The notes beneath the pieces are model-generated. The model was not told where the DNA came from. It did no database searches and saw only the letters and a program-made list of their open reading frames with translations. 62,370 bases of DNA from Verrucomicrobiaceae bacterium. GTDB taxonomy: Bacteria > Verrucomicrobiota > Verrucomicrobiia > Verrucomicrobiales > Akkermansiaceae. The stretch covers positions 1-62,370 of the forward strand of contig JAACFN010000002.1 in assembly GCA_009937455.1 (NCBI GenBank), written 5' to 3'. The translations under genes were made by a program, and so were the position numbers. Positions 42,964-53,383 of the stretch are shown here, piece by piece; positions within the stretch are counted from its first letter, which is position 1, and each line of letters opens with the position of its first letter.

Positions 42964-43967
42964 CAGGATCGTAATTGCTTAAATAAAAAACCAAAGGGCA
43001 ACAACCCGCTAACAGCAGACCACTTGAGTAAACCTCGCCCGGTACTATTAAAAAGCAAGGGGTGCAAACTACCAGCTAATCTCATTCTTTTGCCAAAATA
43101 ATCTTCACAGCTCGATGCGTAAGCCAAACAAGCTTCATTCCACCCTAGTTCACTTTTTGCGAATCTCTCCAGCCATGGGCCAGCTAACCACGAGGACTCA
43201 ATCGCCATACTCATACCGTTGCCGGTAAATGGAGGAATCAAAAGCGAGGCATCACCAATGCAGAAAGCTCCTGCTTTTTCCTGAGCGCCAAGAGAAAAGC
43301 CAGCCGTCGCAGATAACGAATCTCCATCGATATCCCAGCCACAGAACTTCTCGTGTAATTCATTGAGCCCATTCACCTTCAGGTAGCTTGCGATCATGTT
43401 CTTTTTGTCTACCTCCTTGTTTATTCTGAATAAGCCACAGCAGTTAACTCGGCCATCCTCTATGCCAGAAAGACCCAGGTATCCCCGCCTACCCACATGC
43501 ATCTCAAGACCTTCAAGATCGACATCCCGTGCGTGCACCTTAAGACCTATCCACTTACCCCCTCTCTTGCGCTTGCCGACTGCCCACACTCTTCCATCAG
43601 CATCCTCTCTATGAGCCCGCTTACCCGTAATTAATTCTCCGCCTGCCGCCTCAAATAACGACGCAAGATCATCATCCATACGAAAACGTGACAAACCAAT
43701 GGCTTCCTCAGGAAGATGATCTTGCAGCACTAAATCATCACCCATCCACCACGCCAGTTTTTGGTGACGCCTCGCTTTGGCAAAAACATCACTGATACCC
43801 ATTTCTGCTAAAACATCACTGCTAACACCACACACAAACTCCCCGCACACTTTGTGCCGTGGATAGCCTCCTGCCTCTAAAATCCTGACCGGCACGCCTC
43901 GCTTTCGCAGATAAATACCGAGACTGAGTCCACTCAAGCCTCCTCCAACAATTTCAATCTCTCTCAT
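42963..43967 (-). CDS. FAD-dependent oxidoreductase/monooxygenase
   Basis: GGGLSG, YPRHKVCGEF, IGDA..IPPFTGNGMSMA. Confidence 0.88.
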   Translation of the reverse strand: MREIEIVGGGLSGLSLGIYLRKRGVPVRILEAGGYPRHKVCGEFVCGVSSDVLAEMGISDVFAKARRHQKLAWWMGDDLVLQDHLPEEAIGLSRFRMDDDLASLFEAAGGELITGKRAHREDADGRVWAVGKRKRGGKWIGLKVHARDVDLEGLEMHVGRRGYLGLSGIEDGRVNCCGLFRINKEVDKKNMIASYLKVNGLNELHEKFCGWDIDGDSLSATAGFSLGAQEKAGAFCIGDASLLIPPFTGNGMSMAIESSWLAGPWLERFAKSELGWNEACLAYASSCEDYFGKRMRLAGSLHPLLFNSTGRGLLKWSAVSGLLPFGFLFKQLRS

Positions 43968-44608
43968 CGCATTCCCCTCACTCTAATCCCTCCAAATACC
44001 CCCTTCTGATCAGACCACATCAGTGTTCCGCCCGGCTCATAGTTTAGCATATCGCCTAGCTCATCCTGTCTGAAGCCAGCACGAATACTCACCGCCATGT
44101 CATGGCGGGTCACATCGTTTACAAAAGGGAATAAACAGCGGCTCATCATCAAACTCATTTGCCCTCGATAAGGTTCTGCCGCCAAAACTCCACGCACCCT
44201 ATGAATCTTAGCTGCTAACTTTTGTAGCTCAGATGAAACCAAATGATGAAGGAAAAGGTTGGCCACAACCACCGTGGTCTCATCATAATGCTCATAATCA
44301 AAAACATCGCCCTGCCACCAAGTAATGCGCTGCTCCAAATTCTTAGGACGAGGCACTAGATCAACACATGTCACTTCTAAATCAGGGAATTCCTCCATGA
44401 TTGCAGCCCCGAGAGATCCGTCTCCGGCACCCAGATCAACCACACGCCTTACCCCCTGCATTTTTTTTAATTCTCTGACAACCCACGACTCCCCCCTCAT
44501 GAACCAATTTACCAGTCGCAAATCTCGCCGGCTACGCACTGCCCGCTTATCGGCTGGGTCCAGCTCATCAAGTATTTCAGGTGCCACCAAACGATTCACT
44601 ATCACCAC
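43964..44608 (-). CDS. SAM-dependent methyltransferase
   Basis: PEILD, DLRLVN, DLGAGDG, NLFLHH, TRHD..VSIRAGF. Confidence 0.88.
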   Translation of the reverse strand: MVIVNRLVAPEILDELDPADKRAVRSRRDLRLVNWFMRGESWVVRELKKMQGVRRVVDLGAGDGSLGAAIMEEFPDLEVTCVDLVPRPKNLEQRITWWQGDVFDYEHYDETTVVVANLFLHHLVSSELQKLAAKIHRVRGVLAAEPYRGQMSLMMSRCLFPFVNDVTRHDMAVSIRAGFRQDELGDMLNYEPGGTLMWSDQKGVFGGIRVRGMR

Positions 44609-44795
44609 TATTCATGAACTTCATCGATAAGCAACGTGTAATACTTATTGATACTCTCAATCAAAAGAACCCACCCTCATCACCCTTGCCTATCTCAGCA
44701 AGCTACCATCAACGGCAAAGGCCCCACTTTGAAAACCAGCTGTCAGACCCGCATTGCCCTTGCCACTCAGTCACCTATCTGTCAGGAATTCGTCG

Positions 44796-46043
44796 ATGAA
44801 TAATCCATGGCACAACAGGATCTCAGAGCAGTTTTTTGCAAAACCGCATGATCAAATTGACTGGCACCAGAGCCTGGCCGTGGATGGCACCCTGCTACTT
44901 GCTGCTATTCTTGGCTCTGTCATCTCCTACTGGGTCGCTCGCAAGCTTGTCTTTGGGCTTATCTCTCGAGTTGTTCAGAAAACCGAATCCACCTGGGATG
45001 ATGAACTCCTCAACAGCAAGTTGTTCAAGTGGCTTTCATTATTACTACCCGCTGTGATCATTCTCACTGCAGCACCCCATGCCATCATCACTCATCATGA
45101 TGGCGTGCCTATCTTTTCGTCGTTCATTCAGATCTCAGCCAAGGTCTTTATTGTCATCTTATCATTCCTCGCAATCAGCTCTCTGCTCAATATCCTCGAG
45201 CGTATCTATAGCCGGCTTGAGGTATCGCGAGAACTTCCGATTAAAAGCTTCTTTCAGGTTATCAAAATCATATTGGTACTGGCCGCCATCATACTCATTG
45301 TTTCTACACTCATCGGCAAATCTCCTGTCCTGATTTTCTCCGGACTAGGCGCGATGACCGCCATCATCATGCTGATCTTCAAAGACAGCATCCTTGGCCT
45401 TGTCGCAGGCATCCAGTTATCGGCTAACCGCATGGTCGCCCGCGGTGATTGGATTGAAATGCCTAAATTTGGTGCTGATGGTGAGGTGCTTGAGGTCGCA
45501 CTCACCACGGTAAAAATACGCAACTGGGATAAAACCATCACCACCATTCCGACCTATGCGCTGATATCAGACAGCTTCAAAAACTGGCGTGGTATGTCGA
45601 ACTCCGGCGTACGCCGTATCAAACGCTCTGTCAGTATCGATATGTCGAGTGTTGTATTCCTTGACCAAGAGTCTCTACCTCGACTACGCAAAATATCTCT
45701 ACTGATCGAGACATGGAACACCCAGAATGCTGATCTAGCCAACCCCATCAATGCTAGATCGCTCACTAATATCGGCACTTTCCGAGCCTACATCAGAGAG
45801 TATCTCAAGAATCATCCAAAAATCGCCCAGGAGGAAACACTCCTTGTGCGCCAACTTCAGCCCACGGAGAACGGCATCCCTGTTGAGCTCTATATATTTA
45901 CAACGGATAATCGCTGGGCATATTATGAAGACATCCAATCCGACATCTTTGACCACCTCCTATCTGTCTTGCCTGAATTTGGTCTGCGCGCTTTCCAAGC
46001 CCCCTCCGACTACTCTTTTCAATCTATGACCAACGTTAAGTAA
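44796..46043 (+). CDS. mechanosensitive channel MscS family (YbdG-like)
   Basis: LGAMTAIIMLIFKDSILGLVAGIQL, GDWIEMP, NWDKTITTIPTY, RRIKRS, TNIGTFRAY, QSDIFDHL; apparent ~10 aa in-frame gap near 45704. Confidence 0.92.
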   Translation: MNNPWHNRISEQFFAKPHDQIDWHQSLAVDGTLLLAAILGSVISYWVARKLVFGLISRVVQKTESTWDDELLNSKLFKWLSLLLPAVIILTAAPHAIITHHDGVPIFSSFIQISAKVFIVILSFLAISSLLNILERIYSRLEVSRELPIKSFFQVIKIILVLAAIILIVSTLIGKSPVLIFSGLGAMTAIIMLIFKDSILGLVAGIQLSANRMVARGDWIEMPKFGADGEVLEVALTTVKIRNWDKTITTIPTYALISDSFKNWRGMSNSGVRRIKRSVSIDMSSVVFLDQESLPRLRKISLLIETWNTQNADLANPINARSLTNIGTFRAYIREYLKNHPKIAQEETLLVRQLQPTENGIPVELYIFTTDNRWAYYEDIQSDIFDHLLSVLPEFGLRAFQAPSDYSFQSMTNVK

Positions 46044-46047
46044 ACCG

Positions 46048-47445
46048 ATGAACTTATTCGACACCCTCACCCGCAGCAAACGAGAGCTCTCACCCATCGA
46101 CGGTAAGGCCTTTCGTTTTTACTGCTGCGGCCCCACCGTTTACGGTCCCGCACACATCGGCAATTTTCGTACTTTTGTGATGCATGATGTCTTTCGCCGC
46201 GTTCTTGAAACAAGCGGCATGACAACTCTTCATGTGCGCAACATCACTGATGTAGACGATAAAACCATCCGTGATTCTCAGGCTGCCGGCAAGTCCCTTA
46301 GAGAATTCACTCGTCATTGGCTGGAGAAATTTCATGCTGATTGCGTGGCACTCAACTGCCTAGCCCCTCACATCGAACCGAGTGCTCTCGACCACATTCC
46401 ACAGCAGATCGCCATGATCGAAAAGCTCATCGAAAAGGGAAACGCGTATGCGTCGGATGATGGTTCAGTCTACTTCAAGGTTTCCTCTTTTCCTGAATAC
46501 GGCAAGCTCTCCCACCTCGACACCCGCGAGCTCGACCTCGGCAAGACTCAGAACCAACGTGCCGATGCGGATGAATACGAAAAGGACTCCATCGCCGACT
46601 TCGTTCTCTGGAAATCACGTAAAGCTGAAGATGGTGAAAACTACTGGGCATCTCCGTGGGGAGAAGGTCGCCCTGGTTGGCATCTCGAGTGCTCCGCCAT
46701 GATTAAAGAGTATTTGGGCAATGACTTTGACCTCCACTCGGGCGGGGTTGATCTTGTCTTCCCCCACCATGAGAATGAAATAGCTCAGTCACGCTGCAGC
46801 TGTGGTGGCGACTTTGCGGCCCACTGGTTCCACATTACACACCTAATGGTAGATGGCGGAAAGATGTCGAAGTCACTTGGCAACCTCTACACCATCGATG
46901 ACCTTGCTGAGAAAGGTTACACCGCCATGGAGGTTCGCTACGTCCTGATTTCTGGACACTATCGCAAACAACTCAACTTCACTCTCGACTCTCTTCACGC
47001 AGCCAAGGAAGCATTACAAAAACTCGCCAAAGGTCGTGCATTACTGGCATCCATCGGAGGCAACCAAGCTGACTGTTCAAGTTCTATTGAGAGCTCACTC
47101 TTTGCCCCTGCATGGGAGTCACTCAATCAAGACCTCAATACCCCCGCAGCATTAGGTCATCTATTCTCAGGCCTGAAAGCCGCGCAGAACCTGAAGAGTG
47201 CAGAAGCTGCCGCCAACCTCGCCGCCTTTGATGCTATTCTCAACGCACTCGGACTCGAGCTGCCAGTCCAAGAGCAAGAGCAATCATCAGATGCTCCCGC
47301 TGAAATCCAAGAGCTTGCTGAGCAACGCTGGCAAGCCAAACAAAACAAAGACTGGGCTGCTTCAGATCAACTGCGCGACCAACTCAGCTCCGCTGGCTGG
47401 ACTGTCAAAGACAACCCAGATGGTTACGAGCTAAGCCAGTTATAG
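46048..47445 (+). CDS. cysS: cysteine--tRNA ligase
   Basis: [32 protein letters not shown]. Confidence 0.98.
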   Translation: MNLFDTLTRSKRELSPIDGKAFRFYCCGPTVYGPAHIGNFRTFVMHDVFRRVLETSGMTTLHVRNITDVDDKTIRDSQAAGKSLREFTRHWLEKFHADCVALNCLAPHIEPSALDHIPQQIAMIEKLIEKGNAYASDDGSVYFKVSSFPEYGKLSHLDTRELDLGKTQNQRADADEYEKDSIADFVLWKSRKAEDGENYWASPWGEGRPGWHLECSAMIKEYLGNDFDLHSGGVDLVFPHHENEIAQSRCSCGGDFAAHWFHITHLMVDGGKMSKSLGNLYTIDDLAEKGYTAMEVRYVLISGHYRKQLNFTLDSLHAAKEALQKLAKGRALLASIGGNQADCSSSIESSLFAPAWESLNQDLNTPAALGHLFSGLKAAQNLKSAEAAANLAAFDAILNALGLELPVQEQEQSSDAPAEIQELAEQRWQAKQNKDWAASDQLRDQLSSAGWTVKDNPDGYELSQL

Positions 47446-47519
47446 TGTCCTCATCGCCGTCGTCATCGTCATCGTCATTCCTTCTTGAAAACAACTGCAG
47501 TCAATACGACAATCCCCAC

Positions 47520-48494
47520 ATGATCCGCCCGCGCCGCAATCGCAAATCTCCCGCTGTCCGTGCTCTCGTTCGCGAAACCACACTGTCAGCTTCCGACTTC
47601 ATCTATCCGCTCTTCGTCCATGACAAAAATACCGATGAGGCGATTGACTCGATGCCAGGCTGTACCAGATGGTCGATTGAAGGCCTGCTCAAAGAAGCTG
47701 GAGAGGCCCAAGCGCTAGGCATTCCCGCTGTAGTCATTTTTCCTGCCATCTCGGAGGATTTAAAAAGCTCCGATGCAGCGCAATGTTATCATGATGAGGG
47801 CCTCGTTCCTCGTGCCATTAAAGCACTCAAGGCCGCTTACCCTGATCTATGTGTCATCACCGATGTCGCCCTCGATCCATACAACAGCGATGGTCACGAT
47901 GGCCTCGTCGCTAAAAACGAGCACGGCGCGATTGAAATCATCAACGATGAAACTGTCGAAGTGCTGTGCCAACAAGCACTCTGCCATGCCCGTGCAGGAG
48001 CTGACATGGTATCTCCCTCGGATATGATGGACGGGCGTGTCGAGGCTATCCGCACCACGCTAGACTCAGAGGGTTACCAAGACGTCTCCATTCTTGCCTA
48101 CACCGCTAAGTATGCTTCAGCTTACTACGGCCCATTCCGAGGTGCGCTTGAATCGACACCTAAGGCAGGTGACAAAAAAACCTACCAGATGGATCCTGCC
48201 AACGTTCACGAGGCAATTCGTGAAACCCTACTCGATGAGGAAGAAGGCGCGGACATCATCATGGTCAAACCCGCCGGCCCCTACCTAGATGTCATTTCAC
48301 AGGTTCGCAATGCGACAACCTTACCCCTTGCGGCATACCAAGTAAGTGGTGAATACTTAATGATTAAAGCTGCCGCTAAAGATGGCTGGCTGGACGAACA
48401 GGCCGTCATGATGGAGTCCCTTATCGGCATCAAACGCGCCGGAGCTGACATCATTGTTACCTACTTTGCCAAACAAGCTGCGCGCTGCCTATAA
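47520..48494 (+). CDS. hemB: porphobilinogen synthase (Asp-type, Zn-independent metal site)
   Basis: RPRRNR, DVALDPYNSDGHDG, PSDMMDGRV, YGPFR, YQMD, MVKP, YQVSGEY; start ATG 47520. Confidence 0.96.
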   Translation: MIRPRRNRKSPAVRALVRETTLSASDFIYPLFVHDKNTDEAIDSMPGCTRWSIEGLLKEAGEAQALGIPAVVIFPAISEDLKSSDAAQCYHDEGLVPRAIKALKAAYPDLCVITDVALDPYNSDGHDGLVAKNEHGAIEIINDETVEVLCQQALCHARAGADMVSPSDMMDGRVEAIRTTLDSEGYQDVSILAYTAKYASAYYGPFRGALESTPKAGDKKTYQMDPANVHEAIRETLLDEEEGADIIMVKPAGPYLDVISQVRNATTLPLAAYQVSGEYLMIKAAAKDGWLDEQAVMMESLIGIKRAGADIIVTYFAKQAARCL

Positions 48495-48501
48495 ATCAGC
48501 T

Positions 48502-49815
48502 TCAATGTGATAGTTGCTTCAATAGTTCACCAGCGGCACCCTTGGTAGCCTTTGAGAGATCAATAATCTTACCATCAGGTCTTATTTTTGGATCTGAAAA
48601 GTCACCAGTCGATTTGATTTTGACCAGCAAGCGTTCATCGCGGAAAAGATTTTCTTTCACGTCATCAGCAACACTCGCCCTGAGCTCCTTTGGCAACAAC
48701 TCCAAGCCTTTAAAAATGGTAGGAGCCATGACAGCACTCGTCTTTTTAGATGCCAGCAATTCACCTCGGACATCGTGTTGATCTGTCTGCGTGCTAAGCC
48801 ATCCTCCGCCAAGTATGGCAACCTCCCAATCCTCCACCCAAATGGAGAGAGCTTTTATAATGCGAATACGACCTAGGTGATAATGTGCTGAAATAGACTT
48901 ACTGCGCCCAAAAGTCGCTCTCTCTGGCACCTTCCCTACATTGAGGCCCACTTTTTTGAGCACCGAAAGCTGCTCCCAAGAACGCGAAATAAAGGGCATA
49001 TTCGTACTGAGCCATGATTGATCTGACAAACGAAACTCACCATCGACCTCGGCCTCAATCTCGCCTGTTGTCACATTAAACAAACTCACACCAGATAGCC
49101 CATCAATATACAAATCACCGTAATGCTCTCTCTTATCAGAATACACACGAATTAAACTCTGCAGCATTAGCTTGGCTTCATTTGAAGCCACCAAATCATT
49201 TGGGTCTATTTCGATAGAGCTCAGCTCCACCTGCAGGTCCTGGCATTCTAATTGCAAACCCATTTCCTCCAGGACTAAGTTCAAACTGCTATCACTTATA
49301 GAGAGCCCGCCGAGTGAGGCGACAAAGTCTCCTTGTTCATGAATGTTAAATCCCCCCTGCTCCTTTTTGCTGCTTTCTTGCACCTCCCCTTCTGCCTCAT
49401 CAGGGGATTGAAAAAGCTTTTTGAGAGATGTCGTGCCGTCCTTGTAATAGGTGATTTCAATATCAGCCTCTTTGATCCCGATATGCTTTACATCAATGTG
49501 CTTTTGAAAAAGGCCTAGCCATCCGATACTAAGACTAATTTCGCCAATCTTGACAGGTGCCTCAGCGGGAACGCTAGCCGCCTTAGGCATGAGAGAAATA
49601 TCAGAAATAACGAGCTTAGCTGGAAAATTAAAAATAGACACCTCCACTCCGCCAATAACAACCTCAGCATTGATTGATTCCTCAATTTTTTGTTCCAACA
49701 GGTCTTTGGTCGCAATGTTTTTCACCAAAAGTCCTATTCCAACGAATACACAGAGAACAAAAGCAGCCGTCAGCGCGACCATTTTCACAGAGGGTTTTTT
49801 AAATAGAGCAGCCAT
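48502..49815 (-). CDS. AsmA-like protein
   Basis: N-terminal TM then AsmA-N-like pattern; C-terminal TG..SDPKI. Confidence 0.6.
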   Translation of the reverse strand: MAALFKKPSVKMVALTAAFVLCVFVGIGLLVKNIATKDLLEQKIEESINAEVVIGGVEVSIFNFPAKLVISDISLMPKAASVPAEAPVKIGEISLSIGWLGLFQKHIDVKHIGIKEADIEITYYKDGTTSLKKLFQSPDEAEGEVQESSKKEQGGFNIHEQGDFVASLGGLSISDSSLNLVLEEMGLQLECQDLQVELSSIEIDPNDLVASNEAKLMLQSLIRVYSDKREHYGDLYIDGLSGVSLFNVTTGEIEAEVDGEFRLSDQSWLSTNMPFISRSWEQLSVLKKVGLNVGKVPERATFGRSKSISAHYHLGRIRIIKALSIWVEDWEVAILGGGWLSTQTDQHDVRGELLASKKTSAVMAPTIFKGLELLPKELRASVADDVKENLFRDERLLVKIKSTGDFSDPKIRPDGKIIDLSKATKGAAGELLKQLSH

Positions 49816-49975
49816 AATAGAGAGATTTGCTTCAACGATTGATCACCATTCAAGCTTATGTAATGTACGTGTCACATTACCAGATAGGGTAGAGTTAACA
49901 GTAATAAAATCAATCGAAGCAATATAGCTAATTCAGACCTTGCGCCCGTGGCCATGATAACAATATGTTGCCGTC

Positions 49976-50356
49976 ATGATCTTAACACTGCTCAGCGCTT
50001 GCTGCCTCATCATTTTGGGTCTTGGAGGTTTTCTTGGCTGGGAGAGGCTTGGAACAGAAGGCAATCAGGTGGAAATGCTAATGCCTGTTTTTTTTGGCGG
50101 AGCTCTGATTATCTGTATCGCATTCGGACGCCAGCATTATCGTCACGGATTATATGGAGGGCTCATTGTTGCTCTACTTGGCGTAGTGTCGGCAATCGTG
50201 CGTATTTATCAGTATGAGCAGTTTCAAAGCATCTCTGATCCAAAAACCCAAATCATTATCGCCATGGCAGCTATTTGCGCACTGCAACTCTCCATCTCCT
50301 GGAGAGAGGTTCAAAGAGACAGAGCCCAATTGCTGGCAATCGATGATGCCGAGTAG
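49976..50356 (+). CDS. hypothetical 4-TM membrane protein
   Basis: Four hydrophobic segments. Confidence 0.65.
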   Translation: MILTLLSACCLIILGLGGFLGWERLGTEGNQVEMLMPVFFGGALIICIAFGRQHYRHGLYGGLIVALLGVVSAIVRIYQYEQFQSISDPKTQIIIAMAAICALQLSISWREVQRDRAQLLAIDDAE

Positions 50357-50404
50357 GCCACAAGGGCAATGTGAGCCAATATAGACAACTCTGGCTTCAA
50401 TCTC

Positions 50405-50983
50405 TCAGAAAAAGGTTTTCCAGCTTTCGTCCATTTTGCCTTTGCGCCGGAATCCAAACAACGGTCGCCAGCGAGGCGCCTTGGGGTGCATGGCGGGGAA
50501 CATCCCGGCCTCATGAGGAAGCTGGTTGGCCTTGCGCGTGTTGCATTTGATGCAGGAAGTTACAATGTTGTCCCAGCGGGTTTTGCCGCCTTTATCGCGT
50601 GGCAACACATGATCAAGGTTGAGATTTTTTTCGGGGAACTTCTGGCAGCAATATTGGCAGGTATAGTGATCACGCAAAAAGACATTGTGGCGAGTGAATT
50701 TCACCTCCTTGCTTGGCAGTTTGTCGTAGAGCGCCAGCACGATGACTTTAGGAATCTTCATCGCAAAGCGTACGGATCTGATCACCTCCTCAGCTACCCT
50801 CTCGGAGGATGATTCCAGCCAGGACCCTAGATCGTGTGTCTGATATTTCATATCCCCCTCCGCCTCCACTACGTGCGCATGCCCCAGACAAAGTAACTTC
50901 ACAGCCCGGCGCACCGAGCAGGTCTGAATAGGCTGCCAGAGTTTATTGAGAACTAATACATTCAAATCCAAAGCTTCGATCAT
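50405..50983 (-). CDS. HNH endonuclease (McrA-like)
   Basis: VLVLN, FTRHNVFLRD..CQYC, LDHVLPR..GG...W.NIV.SC..CN..K. Confidence 0.9.
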   Translation of the reverse strand: MIEALDLNVLVLNKLWQPIQTCSVRRAVKLLCLGHAHVVEAEGDMKYQTHDLGSWLESSSERVAEEVIRSVRFAMKIPKVIVLALYDKLPSKEVKFTRHNVFLRDHYTCQYCCQKFPEKNLNLDHVLPRDKGGKTRWDNIVTSCIKCNTRKANQLPHEAGMFPAMHPKAPRWRPLFGFRRKGKMDESWKTFF

Positions 50984-51156
50984 AATAAGCGGGTAGATTA
51001 TACAATTTGCGAATTATAACATGCTATCGATGAGCCTTCAATCTTGAAATTTGACCCGCTGCACTGCACATTTTTACGGCTGTTTATGCCCTCCTTGGAA
51101 GCAAGGTGAGCAACTGCAAGGTCACATTTTTGAATCAAAGACAGGAGATACAAACG

Positions 51157-51346
51157 TTATCAACAGACTTATTCACACTCGATTTCGGAAACACAAAAGC
51201 CCTCTGTGAATAACTTGGGCAATACCCCTGTTTTTATAAATTAATACAGAAACGGGCGTAAATATATTAATCTTCCTGATCCCATACAGCAACAAATTCG
51301 AGTGCACGCTCAGGATCATTCAAGACAAGCGATGGATTGTGAATAA
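51157..51346. promoter_or_regulatory. cluster of DnaA-box-like 9-mers
   Basis: TTATCAACA 51157, TTATTCACA 51169, TGTGAATAA 51205 and 51338; AT-rich tract 51231-51250. Confidence 0.5.
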
Positions 51347-53246
51347 CTTGGCTATAAAGTGCCTGCAGCTCACCCTCAGCGAGTTTGTTTTTTTGCAAAA
51401 TTCGAAGCTGGCCGCCTTTATTGGGCATTCGTTTTTTGGCGATCTCAAGAGCCACGCGGCCCATGGTCATGCGCACATTGAGTTCAATGACATAACGTAT
51501 TCCTAATGAGCCATCCGGACGACGAGCCACCATCGCATCCACCCCGACTGGTCCAACATAGCCTTTTAGTAGAGTGCTCAGTGCTAGGGGAATTTTCTCA
51601 CCATAGACATCATTGATCTTTGCATCTCGGAACAGAAACGAACTCAGTTCATCATTAAAACCTGTAGCCCACTTCGGCTTAACCTTTGTACTTTGGTAGC
51701 GCCCCTGAGCATCATTCTTCATCTCAGTCATTCCTATAAAGTCAACATCCCCACCCTCACGTATTTCATAGAGTGCAGAAAAATCCAACTCTCGCTCCAG
51801 CCACGGCTCTACCGCAACGCCACCATGGCGCTTAATCACCTTGTTCAACCAAGGCATGAAATCTTCTCCAGGCATAACTTTCCGATGCCCACGGCCCGCA
51901 CACGCGTATGCTGCCTTGAGCAGAACCGGTCCTCGCTTTAGCAGGCATTCCACTGCCTCAGCTGCCGAGTCTGGATCCTTACAGAAAAACCCAAGCTCTT
52001 CTCCAGGCAATGTCAGCATTTCATTGAGCCGAAAACCCGCTTCTTTACTAAACCACCATTCAGGAACCTGCTCACGCCACTGCCATGGCAAAGCCGGTGA
52101 AACATCATCAGCAAATGATTTGAGCGCATCCGAAGCGTCCGGTGACCATGCCCAAGGACGTAACCCCCCTAGCTTGCGCCCAGCCAGACTACCGACTTCC
52201 ATCACCTCAGGCAGGTCGAAACCAGCCTTTTTCAAATACGTCCGGTGAGCATTGCTCGGCAATGTCCGCATCAGACTAACGTCATCCCGTCGGCACCATG
52301 CCAAAGAAAGCATTTCCAGGTCATGCTCCAATGCTACCTCTATTTTATTCGGCTGATAGCTGCGATGCGTGTAAGCGGCTGCAGCGTGAGACTCCGCGTT
52401 TGGATTATACCAATGCACGACGGGAGTGCGCCCTCTGGATTGCTCGCATATTGCCAATTGCTCAATGAAATCTTGGTCCAAACCTGCCAATTGACGGCCC
52501 TCGGTATTAAAAGGCGCCATTCCTTTTGCCTTTGCCGGTGCCATCGGAAAGCTCAGTGATTTACGGTAGGCGTTCCAATCTGTTTCACCTTGTTCTTTCC
52601 ATTTCCGAAACCACTTCAAGCCGTGACCCACATGATTAATCTCATCGAGGTAAATCTTTTCCAATACCTTAGCCGTGGCATGATCGCCCACTTGCCGAAA
52701 CAAACTTGCATAGTGTTTGGAGAAATCCAAATTGGCCTGCTCGAAGGTGAGATTAAGCCGGGTGACAAAGTCCATCGGTGTATCCATCGGAGCCACCAAC
52801 TTCCAGAAGTAATCGTTAAGTGGTAAATCGCCAAAGGATATGCCGCACTCTTTCATCCTGCGCAGATACATCAAGGTATGCATCTGTTCCTCCCTCATCG
52901 ATTCATAAACACCACGGCGGTATTCAGCAGGAGCATCGGGAAACTTAAGCAAAACCAGAGCCATCAGCTCAGCTGCCAGCATCTCATGATTAGCAAGAAA
53001 ATGCAGCATTTTGCCACGTTCACGATCATCATCGAGTTTGTTGACCCCAGGAAAATTTGAGCGAACCACCTTGTTGGTGATTTTCAACTCTTCAGGGCGT
53101 CCGGGCGCATCTGGCAGGCTAAATGAACGCCCTCGATCATCATCAACCACACCATCCCCCAATCGAGGAGCAAGCAAAAGCTTCTCCTCCAGTGAATTCG
53201 CAAGCAAAACTCGCTCTGCCACCTCCCGCATCTGCAATACCTGCAT
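51267..53246 (-). CDS. DUF455 ferritin-like diiron domain fused to ATP-grasp domain
   Basis: LHFLANHE, EEQMH, FEQANLD, DEINHV; then PWAWSP, LKAAYACAGRG, VEPWL...DFS, GPVGVD, ELNVRMTMG. Confidence 0.75.
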   Translation of the reverse strand: MQVLQMREVAERVLLANSLEEKLLLAPRLGDGVVDDDRGRSFSLPDAPGRPEELKITNKVVRSNFPGVNKLDDDRERGKMLHFLANHEMLAAELMALVLLKFPDAPAEYRRGVYESMREEQMHTLMYLRRMKECGISFGDLPLNDYFWKLVAPMDTPMDFVTRLNLTFEQANLDFSKHYASLFRQVGDHATAKVLEKIYLDEINHVGHGLKWFRKWKEQGETDWNAYRKSLSFPMAPAKAKGMAPFNTEGRQLAGLDQDFIEQLAICEQSRGRTPVVHWYNPNAESHAAAAYTHRSYQPNKIEVALEHDLEMLSLAWCRRDDVSLMRTLPSNAHRTYLKKAGFDLPEVMEVGSLAGRKLGGLRPWAWSPDASDALKSFADDVSPALPWQWREQVPEWWFSKEAGFRLNEMLTLPGEELGFFCKDPDSAAEAVECLLKRGPVLLKAAYACAGRGHRKVMPGEDFMPWLNKVIKRHGGVAVEPWLERELDFSALYEIREGGDVDFIGMTEMKNDAQGRYQSTKVKPKWATGFNDELSSFLFRDAKINDVYGEKIPLALSTLLKGYVGPVGVDAMVARRPDGSLGIRYVIELNVRMTMGRVALEIAKKRMPNKGGQLRILQKNKLAEGELQALYSQVIHNPSLVLNDPERALEFVAVWDQED

Positions 53247-53383
53247 AGACTCAGAGTTAGAATGAGCGCACCAAGAAGCAAGATAATTCCCCTCCGATAC
53301 AAAACTCGCTTTTAATAAGAGTTTACCCGCAAGGTGCAGGAAATGATATATTACTCGCCAGTTCCAGGCTCATAGGCTAGCAA

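Noticed and set aside
47445-47519. Poly-Ser N-terminal extension of HemB / (TCATCG)n microsatellite
   Set aside because: Upstream of the likely ATG 47520 and its promoter; short low-complexity spacer
50405-50983. HNH gene as mobile element or defence system
   Set aside because: Widespread stand-alone family; no intron, methylase, integrase or repeats nearby
50984-51266. Firm oriC call
   Set aside because: No visible GC-skew switch and no dnaA/dnaN nearby; kept only as a DnaA-box cluster
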